Shown here: positions 14,390 to 23,687 of the stretch, piece by piece | Numbering within the stretch: position 1 is the stretch's first letter | Layout of the letters: every line of letters starts with the position of its first letter | The notes under the pieces: generated by a model | Told to the model about the DNA's origin: nothing | The model's input: only the letters and a program-made list of their open reading frames with translations | Database searches by the model: none | Program-made: the position numbers and the translations under genes | IMG/VR virus record: IMGVR_UViG_3300045988_120328 | Coordinates: 1-37,286 of that record | Reading direction: 5' to 3' (one strand) | DNA: 37,286 nucleotides | Source of the DNA: a virus

Positions 14390-14551
14390 ATGAGATGTGG
14401 TGATAAGAGAATGAGATCAGAATACATATTTCCACTTCTGCTGATTTTGCTGGACGTGGGAGCGGCTATCATATACGCTTTGCAAAAGGACTACAAGAAA
14501 TCCGTCTATTGGATAGCGGCGGCCGTACTGAATGTGACAGTAACAGTTTAG
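14390..14551 (+). CDS. Small two-helix membrane protein (53 aa), not in ORF track
   Basis: SD AAAGGGTGAG. The product is MRCGDKRMRSEYIFPLLLILLDVGAAIIYALQKDYKKSVYWIAAAVLNVTVTV. Confidence 0.5.
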   Translation: MRCGDKRMRSEYIFPLLLILLDVGAAIIYALQKDYKKSVYWIAAAVLNVTVTV

Positions 14552-14562
14552 GAGGAATAACT

Positions 14563-14835
14563 ATGTCAGATGAAAATCCAATAGCTATAGCGCAGAAAAT
14601 CTTGTCTGAAATAACCACGGGCAGAAATAAAGATAGAAAGAGCTTGAAAAAAGCTCTTTCAACACTCAAAGTTGGAGATCAGATTGCAACAGACGAAGAA
14701 ATATGGACTGTTATTGGTATAGAAACAATTGAATCTAAATCTTTTAAAATGCCAAGAACATTGAAAGTTAAGTGTTCATCATCACAGCGGAGCAAATGCT
14801 TGATTTTCTACATACCAAAGGGCGGTGTTATGTAA
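14563..14835 (+). CDS. Hypothetical protein (90 aa)
   Basis: AGGAGG precedes ATG 14563. Confidence 0.65.
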   Translation: MSDENPIAIAQKILSEITTGRNKDRKSLKKALSTLKVGDQIATDEEIWTVIGIETIESKSFKMPRTLKVKCSSSQRSKCLIFYIPKGGVM

Positions 14836-15218
14836 TGAAAAATTCAAACACACCAACAGAACACATAGAGCAGGCATTGCTTTTCAAGTGGGCGACATTC
14901 AGCTCAGGCAAGTATCCCGAACTGGAGTATATGTTCGCTATACCGAACGGCGGCTATCGCCACTATAGAACTGCCGCAGATCTTAAGTCTGAGGGCGTAA
15001 AGTCAGGTGTGCCTGACATAATGCTTCCGGTGGGACGTGGCGGTTACTACGGTCTTTTTATAGAAATGAAACGCACATCAGGTGGACGAGTATCGGAATC
15101 TCAACAGAAGTTTCTGAAAACGCTTAATGACAACGGCTATCTTGCAGTTGTTTGCAAAGGCTTTGAGCAGGCGCAGGAAGCAATCTTGAAGTACCTTAAT
15201 AAAGGAGTGAGAAAATGA
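14835..15218 (+). CDS. VRR-NUC domain nuclease (PD-(D/E)xK fold, 127 aa)
   Basis: EHIEQALLFKWA..FAIPNGGYRHYRTAADLKSEGVKSGVPDIMLP...GLFIEMKRTSGGRVSESQQKFLKTLNDNGYLAVVCKGFEQAQEAILKYL. Confidence 0.8.
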   Translation: MKNSNTPTEHIEQALLFKWATFSSGKYPELEYMFAIPNGGYRHYRTAADLKSEGVKSGVPDIMLPVGRGGYYGLFIEMKRTSGGRVSESQQKFLKTLNDNGYLAVVCKGFEQAQEAILKYLNKGVRK

Positions 15219-15808
15219 AAATATCTAAGCTGAAAAAAATATGCAGTAAAGCGGCTAAGACCATATCCTACTTCTATAATGAAAATGATAATTCATTATG
15301 GATTGGCTCAGGCAGTGCAATATATCCGCTTTACGGCATGCCGAACATGAATACCAGCGAGCAGTTACTCACGCTTTTTGACATTAATGAAAGTGACCGT
15401 GAGAATTGGAGATGTAAGCAGCTGCCGCCTGCTATTGAGAGCAACATTGTTATGAACATCGCTTCATGCACAACAGGCAAGATGATAGATCGTCGTTCAA
15501 CATTCGTTGCCATGCTAAGCGAATATCAGATATTCTCAGGCACAGAAAAAGTGCATATATGCCCGAAAGCATTCCTTGAAGTAATAGATGATTATGAAAT
15601 TCTTACATACTATTCCATTGATGATATGATAATCGTCAAAGCAGGCTTGCTTACGCTCGGTGTACTGTGTGAAACCCATGGCGTTGTAACACAAGAACTT
15701 CTTAATGACATTAATTCCATGCACGATATGTTACAAGAAGTATTCAACAGGGAGTGCGAAGAAAAAGACAAGAGCAGAAATTATGAGCAATTGGCAATGA
15801 CAGAGTGA
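15215..15808 (+). CDS. Hypothetical protein (197 aa)
   Basis: The SD AAAGGAG precedes the ATG, which overlaps the upstream stop (ATGA). No recognisable domain. Confidence 0.7.
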   Translation: MKISKLKKICSKAAKTISYFYNENDNSLWIGSGSAIYPLYGMPNMNTSEQLLTLFDINESDRENWRCKQLPPAIESNIVMNIASCTTGKMIDRRSTFVAMLSEYQIFSGTEKVHICPKAFLEVIDDYEILTYYSIDDMIIVKAGLLTLGVLCETHGVVTQELLNDINSMHDMLQEVFNRECEEKDKSRNYEQLAMTE

Positions 15809-15876
15809 AGCCCTATATATTATATATAGTATAGAACAAGTGTTCAGCCCGTGTGTAAGCACGGGTATGAGGGCTT
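15808..15876. promoter_or_regulatory. Structured non-coding element upstream of the Rep gene: outer 7-bp pairing, AT-rich palindrome and inner GC hairpin; candidate ori or recombinase site
   Basis: aagccct (15808-15814) pairs with agggctt (15870-15876). Inside are ctatata-tta-tatatag (15813-15829) and cccgtg-tgtaag-cacggg (15848-15865). Confidence 0.4.
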
Positions 15877-15917
15877 GTAATGGGTCTTAATAACTCGGAC
15901 AGTGGGAGGAAATGACA

Positions 15918-16700
15918 ATGAGCCTTATGAGATACAGAGAGCAAAAGTATATTTATGGAAACTACATGGAAGTGAATATGTATCCTGTATATGCCTGCCC
16001 ACGTTCTTCTAGTCGAAAGAAGAAAAGAAAGCCGACAAGCAAGGTGCAGGAGAGATTGAATCAGATCAATGCTGAAAGAGCTCTGGCAAGACTTATCCCT
16101 GCAAACTTCACTGACAAAGACTATAAGTTCGAGCTGACCTATTCACCGCAGAATAATCCTGCTGACCTTGAGCGTGCCAAGAAAGACTTTGCTAACTTTG
16201 TCAAACGTGTGAATAGAGCAAGAGTCAAGAGAAGCTTACCGAGAATGAAGTATATTTATTCCATTGAGCAGGGCTCAAAGTCTGGACGTATCCACTTTCA
16301 TGTTATCATGACAGGTGGTCTGACTATCAACGAGATAGCATCCATATGGGGCAAGGGCTATGTTGACAAGGTCCTGCCATTGATGTTTGACCAGACAGGC
16401 TGTGCAGGAATTGCCAAGTATTTCTGCAAGCAGAAGATTTCAGATCAAAACAACGGCAAGCACGCCAAGCGTTATGTTGCGTCAACGAACTGCATTAAGC
16501 CGCAGCCGCAGAATAACGATTATCGTCTGACGAAACGTGCGGTGCAGAGCATGGCATATAACTGTGATAACTCGGCGCTGTTCGAGAATATGTATCAAGA
16601 CTATTACTATGCTGATTGCCGTCCATTCTGGAACGAGGATAACGGCACGTTCTACATATCGCTGTTTATGTACCGGAGAACGGCGAAGCTGAACATATAG
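15918..16700 (+). CDS. HUH-superfamily rolling-circle replication initiator-like protein (260 aa)
   Basis: Motif I-like KFELTYSP, motif II GRIHFHVIMTGG (HUH) and motif III GIAKYFCKQK (YxxK). GGGAGG lies 8 nt before ATG 15918; the track's ATG 15912 is too close to the SD. Confidence 0.65.
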   Translation: MSLMRYREQKYIYGNYMEVNMYPVYACPRSSSRKKKRKPTSKVQERLNQINAERALARLIPANFTDKDYKFELTYSPQNNPADLERAKKDFANFVKRVNRARVKRSLPRMKYIYSIEQGSKSGRIHFHVIMTGGLTINEIASIWGKGYVDKVLPLMFDQTGCAGIAKYFCKQKISDQNNGKHAKRYVASTNCIKPQPQNNDYRLTKRAVQSMAYNCDNSALFENMYQDYYYADCRPFWNEDNGTFYISLFMYRRTAKLNI

Positions 16701-16708
16701 GGGGTGAG

Positions 16709-16987
16709 ATGATGAGTCTTAAGGGAGCTGAGCTTAGCGTGATATGTGATGATTGCCATAAGGCATTCATAGTCTGCGTTCGCAAAGAGAGATTTCAAAG
16801 CATAGAAGGGGACGTATGGTGCTATAACTGCCCTCACTGTGGTAAGTTATACGTTGCATATATCGACGATAGCCTGACACGTCATGCCCAATCGCTTCAA
16901 AAAAACGGTGTTTTGTTGAAAGATATTCTGGCGAAAATATCGAGAGAATTATCGGCAAGGCAGGGAAAGGAGAATTATCATGACTAA
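16709..16987 (+). CDS. Small zinc-ribbon protein (92 aa)
   Basis: CDDCHKAF...CYNCPHCGKLY. SD GGGGGTGAG. Confidence 0.65.
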   Translation: MMSLKGAELSVICDDCHKAFIVCVRKERFQSIEGDVWCYNCPHCGKLYVAYIDDSLTRHAQSLQKNGVLLKDILAKISRELSARQGKENYHD

Positions 16988-17273
16988 GAAGCGATTGCTG
17001 TCATATCGACAGCTTAAGGCTGAGCTGAAATTGGTAAGCACAGATAGTGACGATTATCGCAGACTCAAAGCAGAGATAGCAGAGATTGAATCATACGTGT
17101 CAGGCATTGATGATGCATTCATCAGGATTATTTTTCGACTGCGCTATCTTGTCCCACGCAATGACGGAGCTTGGCAGCCGCCGTCATGGGCGTGGATAGC
17201 CAGACAAGCCAATGCTTCAGAGGACTACTGCAAAGGCAGGCATTGCAAGTTCTGCAAAAAAAACACGCTGTAA
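16980..17273 (+). CDS. Hypothetical protein; position and layout suggest a late-gene transcription regulator (ArpU/RinA-type slot)
   Basis: It is the last gene before the HNH/terminase block. It has an N-terminal coiled segment followed by IDDAFIRIIFRLRYL....SWAWIARQANASEDYCKGR, which is sigma region-4-like by eye. Confidence 0.4.
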   Translation: MTKKRLLSYRQLKAELKLVSTDSDDYRRLKAEIAEIESYVSGIDDAFIRIIFRLRYLVPRNDGAWQPPSWAWIARQANASEDYCKGRHCKFCKKNTL

Positions 17274-17404
17274 CACGCACGAACACACTCTGCATGCTAT
17301 GATGATAATGCGGGGTTGTTGTTATAGTTTTTCCATAGTTTTATGCCGGTGCAAGGGCCACGTTGTATGACGTGGTCCTTGTGCTATATATGCGAGGTGA
17401 TAAC

Positions 17405-17749
17405 GTGTATAGTACGAGTCAGATCAGAGAGCTAATCAAGGACGGACGAGTTGACAAGTTCTACAACGACCGCTACTGGAGAAAGTTCAGTAAGAGCGTT
17501 ATCGCAGAGCAGCACAATGAGTGTCAGTGTTGTAGAAACAAAGGCAAGGTGACAAGAGCAACCGTTCTTCATCACGTCAAGCACCTCAAGCAATTTCCGC
17601 AGCTTGCTTATAGTCGCTACTACTATGACGAGCATGGTGAACGGCACAGGCAGCTGATAGCACTGTGCCATGACTGTCATGAAGCACAGCACCCAGAACG
17701 GCGCTGGCAAGAACGTGCAGATAAGTTCGTCAATGAGGAGCGGTGGTGA
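17405..17749 (+). CDS. Phage HNH endonuclease (packaging-associated, 114 aa)
   Basis: CQCCRNKGKVTRATVLHHVKHLKQFPQLA...LIALCHDCHEAQH. GAGGTGA precedes GTG 17405. It is adjacent to terS/terL, as in cos-type HK97-like phages. Confidence 0.85.
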   Translation: MYSTSQIRELIKDGRVDKFYNDRYWRKFSKSVIAEQHNECQCCRNKGKVTRATVLHHVKHLKQFPQLAYSRYYYDEHGERHRQLIALCHDCHEAQHPERRWQERADKFVNEERW

Positions 17750-17894
17750 GCGCCTTGCGGCGATACCCCCCGGGGTCAAGGGTCGAAAAATTTTTTCGGC
17801 CTTGTACGACGGGAGGCACAAAAGACAAATCCGCCCTCGCACGCACGTGAGAGAATTTTTTTCAAGAAAAGTCAAATGTAAGGAGTTGGCAAAA
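17750..17894. promoter_or_regulatory. Putative cos / packaging-site region between the HNH and terS genes
   Basis: This is a locally GC-rich non-coding stretch. It contains ccccgggg (17769-17776) and the 22-bp near-palindrome ggtcgaaaaaattttttcggcc (17782-17803). Confidence 0.35.
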
Positions 17895-18212
17895 GTGAAA
17901 AAACCGAGTTTATCAGAGATTGAACAGTCGTTGATAGAGCAGCTCGAACAAATGGGAGCTTCTGTCGATTTCTATAAATCGCTGGTTTCAGATTATCTGT
18001 TTTATGAAAAACAGGAAAGGAAAATGCAGGCTGATATTCGCAAGAGAGGACTGACCTATATGGCAGTTTCTGCGGTAGGAAAAGAGTATGAAAAAGACAA
18101 TCCGTCCGTAAAGCAGGCGTATATGTACAACAAGCAGAAACTTCAAATTCTGAAAGACTTGGGCCTGTCAACTGACAAGGTCAAGAACCTTGACGATGAC
18201 GAAGAGCTGTAA
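17895..18212 (+). CDS. terS: Terminase small subunit, P27 family (105 aa)
   Basis: The SD AAGGAG precedes GTG 17895. The size, position and ...DNPSVKQAYMYNKQKLQILKDLGLSTDKV C-terminal pattern are typical of the P27 family. Confidence 0.7.
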   Translation: MKKPSLSEIEQSLIEQLEQMGASVDFYKSLVSDYLFYEKQERKMQADIRKRGLTYMAVSAVGKEYEKDNPSVKQAYMYNKQKLQILKDLGLSTDKVKNLDDDEEL

Positions 18213-19893
18213 GGGGCAAGAAGCTCTTGACCTCTCGTATCTTGCAGACTATATCAGCCTAGTCGAGGAGCATAAGTATCCGTATTGTGCTGAGCAGTAT
18301 CAGCTTATTGACTACGTCAAGCGCATGTTCTTGTCAGAAGATATCTACATTGATGCTGAACAAGCTGATAAGTATTTCAGCTATGAAAAATATTTCCCTT
18401 TTGGCCTTTTTCCATGGGAAAAATTCGTATTTGTACTTCACAACTGCACATATACCGCAAGCGGTTCCTTACGTTGGCCGGTGCTATTTTTGTATGTTGG
18501 GCGAGGAACAGGAAAAAACGGATACTTAGGATTTGAAGACTTTTGCTTGCTCACACCTACCAATGGCATCAAGCATTACAACATTGATATTTTTGCAACA
18601 ACAGAAGATCAAGCAGAGACCACATTCAAAGACGTATATAACGTTCTGGAAGACAATCGTGACAAAATGCAGCGGTTCTTTTACTGGAACAAAGAAGTGA
18701 TAATAAATCTAAAAACGAAGTCTGAATTGAAATTCCGAACATCAAGCCCGAGGTCAGCCGACGGCGCACGTCCGGGAAAGGTAGATCATGACGAGGTACA
18801 CGCCTATGAGAATAGCAAGCTCATTGATGTTGCTGTCGGTGGTCTCGGAAAAGTACCAAGACCCCGCCGCACTATCATGAGTACTGACGGCTTCGTTCGA
18901 GAAGGACCTCTCGATAAAGAGAAAGCCAAAGGCATAAGAATTCTTAACGGCGAGATTGAAGACAATGGTATGCTTCCGTTCATAGCCCGGGTGGATAGTC
19001 CCGAAGAAGTCGAAATGCCTGAAATGTGGTATAAGGCAAACCCCTCACTGCAGTACCTTCCTGATCTTCTCCAAGAGATGAAGACGGAATTTCAAAACTA
19101 TCTGGACGATAAGATAAGCAATATCAGTTTTGCAGTTAAACGCATGAACTGTTTGCCACAGCAGACTGAGGGCGGTATAACCGCATTTGATAATATCCTG
19201 GCAACTAATCAGGATATCACGCCGTATCTGCCGAAGCTTCAAGGCAGACAATGCACAGCAGGCTTTGACTATATGAAGACAGATGACTTCCTTTCAGCAG
19301 GCTTGCTCTTTGACGTAGACGGAACTGATGTGTGGCTAACACATACTTGGGTGTGCAAGGCTTCTGCAGATCTATCAAGAATCAAGGCTCCACTGCAAGA
19401 ATGGGAAGCGGCGGGGCTACTGTCATTCGTTGACGGTCCAGAGATACCGCCTGAGATACCCGTTATATGGGTGGCTCAGAAAGCGGCGGAGCTGAATGCC
19501 AATGTAGCAATGACCGGCATAGATAACTACCGCTATACACTACTTAGGAGGGCGCTTAAAGAGAATCTCTACGCTTCTGACGAAAAAGGCTACGGAAATA
19601 TCATGCTTGTCCGTCCGTCAAATGAAATGATGATAATGCCTGTAATCACAAGTCAGCTGGTGAATCATAAGCTTGCAGTCGGAGACAATCCCCTTTTCCG
19701 CTGGGCTATGAACAATACCAAGGTATGCACTTCGTCCGCAGGCAATATGACATATGGTAAAATAGAGCCGAAGTCCAGAAAGACAGACCCTTTCAAGGCA
19801 TATGTCGCCGCCAAAGCGGCACAGAATAAAATTGCTGAGCAAATATCAAGTATGCCTATGGGCAAGAGCGTTATGAATGTATTCACATATTAG
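18196..19893 (+). CDS. terL: Terminase large subunit (565 aa)
   Basis: Walker A-like VGRGTGKNGY, a DHDEVHAYEN acidic motif, plus matching size and position. Confidence 0.85.
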   Translation: MTKSCKGQEALDLSYLADYISLVEEHKYPYCAEQYQLIDYVKRMFLSEDIYIDAEQADKYFSYEKYFPFGLFPWEKFVFVLHNCTYTASGSLRWPVLFLYVGRGTGKNGYLGFEDFCLLTPTNGIKHYNIDIFATTEDQAETTFKDVYNVLEDNRDKMQRFFYWNKEVIINLKTKSELKFRTSSPRSADGARPGKVDHDEVHAYENSKLIDVAVGGLGKVPRPRRTIMSTDGFVREGPLDKEKAKGIRILNGEIEDNGMLPFIARVDSPEEVEMPEMWYKANPSLQYLPDLLQEMKTEFQNYLDDKISNISFAVKRMNCLPQQTEGGITAFDNILATNQDITPYLPKLQGRQCTAGFDYMKTDDFLSAGLLFDVDGTDVWLTHTWVCKASADLSRIKAPLQEWEAAGLLSFVDGPEIPPEIPVIWVAQKAAELNANVAMTGIDNYRYTLLRRALKENLYASDEKGYGNIMLVRPSNEMMIMPVITSQLVNHKLAVGDNPLFRWAMNNTKVCTSSAGNMTYGKIEPKSRKTDPFKAYVAAKAAQNKIAEQISSMPMGKSVMNVFTY

Positions 19894-19911
19894 CAGAGAG
19901 GAGGTAACGCA

Positions 19912-21063
19912 ATGGGGCTGAGATCACTGCTATCACGCATAATGAATGCCAAAAGCAATGAAGTGATCAGTATTAAGACAGTTGGATATGACGACGAAGC
20001 GAGAATCGCCGTGCAGGCATATGCTATTCAGGTCGTTGTTGAAATCCTTGCGGCGCTAGTTTCAAAGTGCGAGATAAAAACCTATCGTGACGGCAAGTCA
20101 TTCCGTGGCGAAGAATGGTATCTTTTCAACGTTAAGCCGAACGTCAATCAAACAGCAGTGCAATTCAAGAACGAGCTAGTCCGCAAGACCCTTGTGCGTG
20201 GCGAGAGCCTTGTTGTCAGCGCTGGAAAGCAGATAATCTGCGCCGACTCTTGGAGTGCGCAGGAGTATGCGCTATATCCTAACCGCTTCTCTCAGGTAGC
20301 ACGAGGTTCATTCACGTTTCAGAAAACATTCGATATGGGAGATGTCCTATATCTCACATACTCCAACGGCGGAGTAAGACAAATACTAACGGAAATGCTA
20401 GATGAACATAATCGTTTCTTGGAAACGGCTTCAAGCACCTACGTCAAGAGTGGCGGCCAAAAAGGCATACTCGAGATAACGCCACTGGCACAAGGTCAAC
20501 CTGATTTTGAGGAGAAATTCGATGTTCTCATGAATAATTATTTCAAAACATATTTTGACGCCAAGAATGCAGTGCTTCCACTGTGGGGCGGAATGAAATA
20601 TACTTCTCAAACGGCAGGTGAAACCAAGAGAACAGTGTCAGAAGCAACCGACTACATTTCTATGCTAAATGACGCATTGGAAAAAGCGGCGATTGCTTTC
20701 AACGTTTCACCGGCTATCGTAAAGGGAAATGTCGAGAACATCAGTGAAGCGTTATCAATGACATTGACATCTGCCGTTGATCCTTTCGCCAAGATGTTAT
20801 CAGACGAGATAACGGCAAAGCGTTATACCAAAGAGCAAGTCCTGCGTGGGTGCTACGCCAAAGTCTGTACCAATAACCTTAAGCACCTTGACGTGCTTGA
20901 AATGGCAAATGCAGTTGACAAGCTTATCGCAAGTGGCTTCTACTCAACGAATGAGTTGAGGGAGAAGACAGGTGAGGAAAGAATTCCAGAAGCCTGGGCC
21001 GATAAGCACACAAGAACTAAGAACTACGAGACAATCGAAGGAGGTGGAAACAGCAATGAATAG
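19912..21063 (+). CDS. Portal protein, HK97 family (383 aa)
   Basis: Its size and its position between terL and the ClpP-type protease fit. SD GAGGAGG. Confidence 0.8.
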   Translation: MGLRSLLSRIMNAKSNEVISIKTVGYDDEARIAVQAYAIQVVVEILAALVSKCEIKTYRDGKSFRGEEWYLFNVKPNVNQTAVQFKNELVRKTLVRGESLVVSAGKQIICADSWSAQEYALYPNRFSQVARGSFTFQKTFDMGDVLYLTYSNGGVRQILTEMLDEHNRFLETASSTYVKSGGQKGILEITPLAQGQPDFEEKFDVLMNNYFKTYFDAKNAVLPLWGGMKYTSQTAGETKRTVSEATDYISMLNDALEKAAIAFNVSPAIVKGNVENISEALSMTLTSAVDPFAKMLSDEITAKRYTKEQVLRGCYAKVCTNNLKHLDVLEMANAVDKLIASGFYSTNELREKTGEERIPEAWADKHTRTKNYETIEGGGNSNE

Positions 21064-21862
21064 CATTTTTAATCAGTTTGAATTCAAAATGGAAGCGGAT
21101 AAGCCCAAAGAGCTTAACCTATATCTATATTCACAAGTCTGTGGAGGACTTGCCATTGATTGGGAAAAGGGGAAAGTTGAGGAGAGCAAGACAGGCGCTA
21201 AGTATTTCGCCGCCAAGCTTGATGAGTACAAAGATTGTGAACATATCAACCTGTACATCAATTCTCTTGGAGGTCAGATCAAAGAGGGCGTTGCTATTGG
21301 AAATATCCTTAAGCGCCATAAAGCCAAAGTTACTTGCTATGTAGACGGCTGGGCATGCTCTATCGCAAGCGTTATCGCTATGGCAGCAGACGAGATCATC
21401 ATGTATAGCAACAGTATGATGATGATACATCAGGCGTCCTGCTACTGTGAGGGCAATGCTGACGATATGAGAACGGCGGCGGCTGAACTTGACAAGATGA
21501 CCGATACCGCTATCACTACGTATGCAGAGCGTTGCAACGGCAAGTGTAGCCGTGAGGAAATAAGCGAAATGGTAAAGGTGGGTACTTGGCTGACAGCGGC
21601 AGAATGTCTTGAGAAAGGCTTCTGCGATAGCATATCAACCGCAGAGCAGCCCGTTGATATGGCTACAATGCTTAGTGATACAAAGCAGTACACTATGTCA
21701 AGCGCCCTCGACAGGGAGAATGTGGACAAACTCATTGAGCTTTATAAGGAGTCCACCGCACAGCAGGCTTTGCCAGCAAAAAATACCGAAGAAGAAAAAA
21801 CAAATGCCGCTATGTCGGCTTTTGAAAAGTTCATGAAAATGGAGGTAAAAAAGAATGATTAA
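21056..21862 (+). CDS. ClpP-like (S14) head maturation protease (268 aa)
   Basis: LYINSLGGQIKEGVAIGNIL..VDGWACSIASVIAMAADEIIMYSNSMMMIHQAS. GGAGGTGG precedes ATG 21056. Confidence 0.85.
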   Translation: MNSIFNQFEFKMEADKPKELNLYLYSQVCGGLAIDWEKGKVEESKTGAKYFAAKLDEYKDCEHINLYINSLGGQIKEGVAIGNILKRHKAKVTCYVDGWACSIASVIAMAADEIIMYSNSMMMIHQASCYCEGNADDMRTAAAELDKMTDTAITTYAERCNGKCSREEISEMVKVGTWLTAAECLEKGFCDSISTAEQPVDMATMLSDTKQYTMSSALDRENVDKLIELYKESTAQQALPAKNTEEEKTNAAMSAFEKFMKMEVKKND

Positions 21863-23036
21863 TCTTGACGCAATCAAAGAGCAGAAAGCAGATATCCTTG
21901 CTTCACTGTCAACCGCTATCAGAGATAGTGATGACAAGGGCATGGAAACCGCCCTTGATAAGTACGGCAATCTAATTTCAGATGTCATAATGGAGCAGGT
22001 GGAGAGCACCGCTGAGTCTGTCGATAGCCAGATACTCAGCACCAGAGGTGTGAGAATGCTGACCAGTGAAGAAAGAGACTACTATAACGCCGTCATTGAG
22101 GCGGGCAAGTCCTCTGACCCCAAGATGGCATTGGCAAACGTTGATAAGACAATGCCAATCACTATAATCGAGTCAGTTCTCGGTGAGATCCCACAGCAGC
22201 ACCCTCTACTCAACTTCATCAACTTCCAGGATACCACTGGAATTACGAAGATGTTGGTAAATGACCAGGGTGTTCAGACCGCTAAGTGGGGAGATCTTAA
22301 CACAGCTATAGACAAGGAACTCTCAGGTGCATTCAAGACCTTTGACGTTGCGCTGAAGAAGCTCACAGCATGGATTCCAGTGTCTAACGATATGCTTGAC
22401 CTTGGTGCCTCATGGCTGGATAGATATGTCCGTGAGATACTGGCAGAAGCCCTTTGGGTCGGCATGGAAACCGGTGTCGTGTCAGGCGACGGTCTTAACT
22501 GCCCTATCGGAATGTGCAAGGACGTATCTAGTAGTGCATCAGTAGTCGGTGGCAAGTATCCTGACCAGAAGACAGTTGCACTCAATGAACTCTCCCCTGA
22601 AGCTATTGGTGCTATTGCCGCACAGCTTACCAAGACAGAGGCTGGAAACAACAGGCCGCTTGATAACCTCATCTTCGTAGTCAATCCAAAGACATATCTG
22701 ACCAAGGTAATGCCTGCGACAACGAACTTCGTTCAGGGAAAATGGGTTAATGATGTTATGCCTATTCCTTGCACGATTATACAGTCATGTGCAGTTCCTG
22801 ATGATCGTGCTATCTTCGGACTGGGCAAGCGTTACTTTATGGGTCTTGGCATGGCCAAGGGTGGCAAGCTGGAATTCGATGATTCTTTCAAGTTCCTTGA
22901 TGACGCAAGGACATATAAGATCAAGACATACGGCAACGGCAAGCCACTCGACAGCAATGCTTTCAGGTATCTGGATATCTCAAAGCTTAAGAGATTTATC
23001 CCGACAGTATACACTGTCACACCGTCAGAAACATAA
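21855..23036 (+). CDS. Major capsid protein, HK97 family, with an N-terminal delta/scaffold-like region (393 aa)
   Basis: It follows the protease gene. The N-terminus is helical and charged, and the size is typical. Confidence 0.8.
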   Translation: MINLDAIKEQKADILASLSTAIRDSDDKGMETALDKYGNLISDVIMEQVESTAESVDSQILSTRGVRMLTSEERDYYNAVIEAGKSSDPKMALANVDKTMPITIIESVLGEIPQQHPLLNFINFQDTTGITKMLVNDQGVQTAKWGDLNTAIDKELSGAFKTFDVALKKLTAWIPVSNDMLDLGASWLDRYVREILAEALWVGMETGVVSGDGLNCPIGMCKDVSSSASVVGGKYPDQKTVALNELSPEAIGAIAAQLTKTEAGNNRPLDNLIFVVNPKTYLTKVMPATTNFVQGKWVNDVMPIPCTIIQSCAVPDDRAIFGLGKRYFMGLGMAKGGKLEFDDSFKFLDDARTYKIKTYGNGKPLDSNAFRYLDISKLKRFIPTVYTVTPSET

Positions 23037-23049
23037 GGAGTTGATATAA

Positions 23050-23352
23050 ATGCAGCAGGCATTATTCGAGGAAGTTAAAAATCAGCTGAACATAACTTGG
23101 TCAGACGAAGCTACTGACAGAAAGATAAACAGCATTATAGCACGTGCTATAGGAGTACTTAACGGATATGCAGGTCAGGTGCTGGATATCAACGTTGACG
23201 AAAATATCAACGGCGACGCCCAGCTTCTGATCGACTGCTGCAGATATATATATAACGATTGCTTCGAGGACTTTGAAAAAAATTATCACTCTCAGCTCTT
23301 CGCTCTGAGAGCAAGATGTCAGATTGAGGAGATGTCAGGAGGAAGCGTATGA
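23050..23352 (+). CDS. Head-tail connector (gp6-like, 100 aa)
   Basis: EEVKNQLNITWSDEATDRKINSIIARAIGVLNGYAG pattern; position after the MCP. Confidence 0.65.
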   Translation: MQQALFEEVKNQLNITWSDEATDRKINSIIARAIGVLNGYAGQVLDINVDENINGDAQLLIDCCRYIYNDCFEDFEKNYHSQLFALRARCQIEEMSGGSV

Positions 23353-23687
23353 TAAGCAAGCGGCAGACGTTCAATGACGGCATATGCACTATTGCAACTA
23401 TCATCAATGCCAATGGCTTGAAAATCAAGCAAGCAGGCATAAGATATGACAATCGTACCGTCGGCTCAGAGCGTTTCTATAAAGCCGCTGAGTATCAGCA
23501 CCGCTGTGATAAAGTGATAAGAATACCACTTATCGCCGAGCCGCAGGCGACTGACATTGTGATAATGAACGGCGACCAGTATAACGTCATTCAAGTTCAG
23601 ATGATAAAGGACGCTAAGCCGCAGGCTTGGCAGTTATCAATAGAAAAGCGAAAAAAGAGGTTAGAAATCCATGTCAATGAGTCCTGA
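23349..23687 (+). CDS. Head closure / head-tail adaptor protein (112 aa)
   Basis: Position and size fit. Contains ...DKVIRIPL...DIVIMNGDQYNVIQVQ. Confidence 0.6.
   Translation: MISKRQTFNDGICTIATIINANGLKIKQAGIRYDNRTVGSERFYKAAEYQHRCDKVIRIPLIAEPQATDIVIMNGDQYNVIQVQMIKDAKPQAWQLSIEKRKKRLEIHVNES

Noticed and set aside
17432-17875. Minus-strand 147-aa ORF
   Set aside because: It is antisense to the HNH endonuclease gene, has no SD, and lies within a strictly plus-strand late operon.
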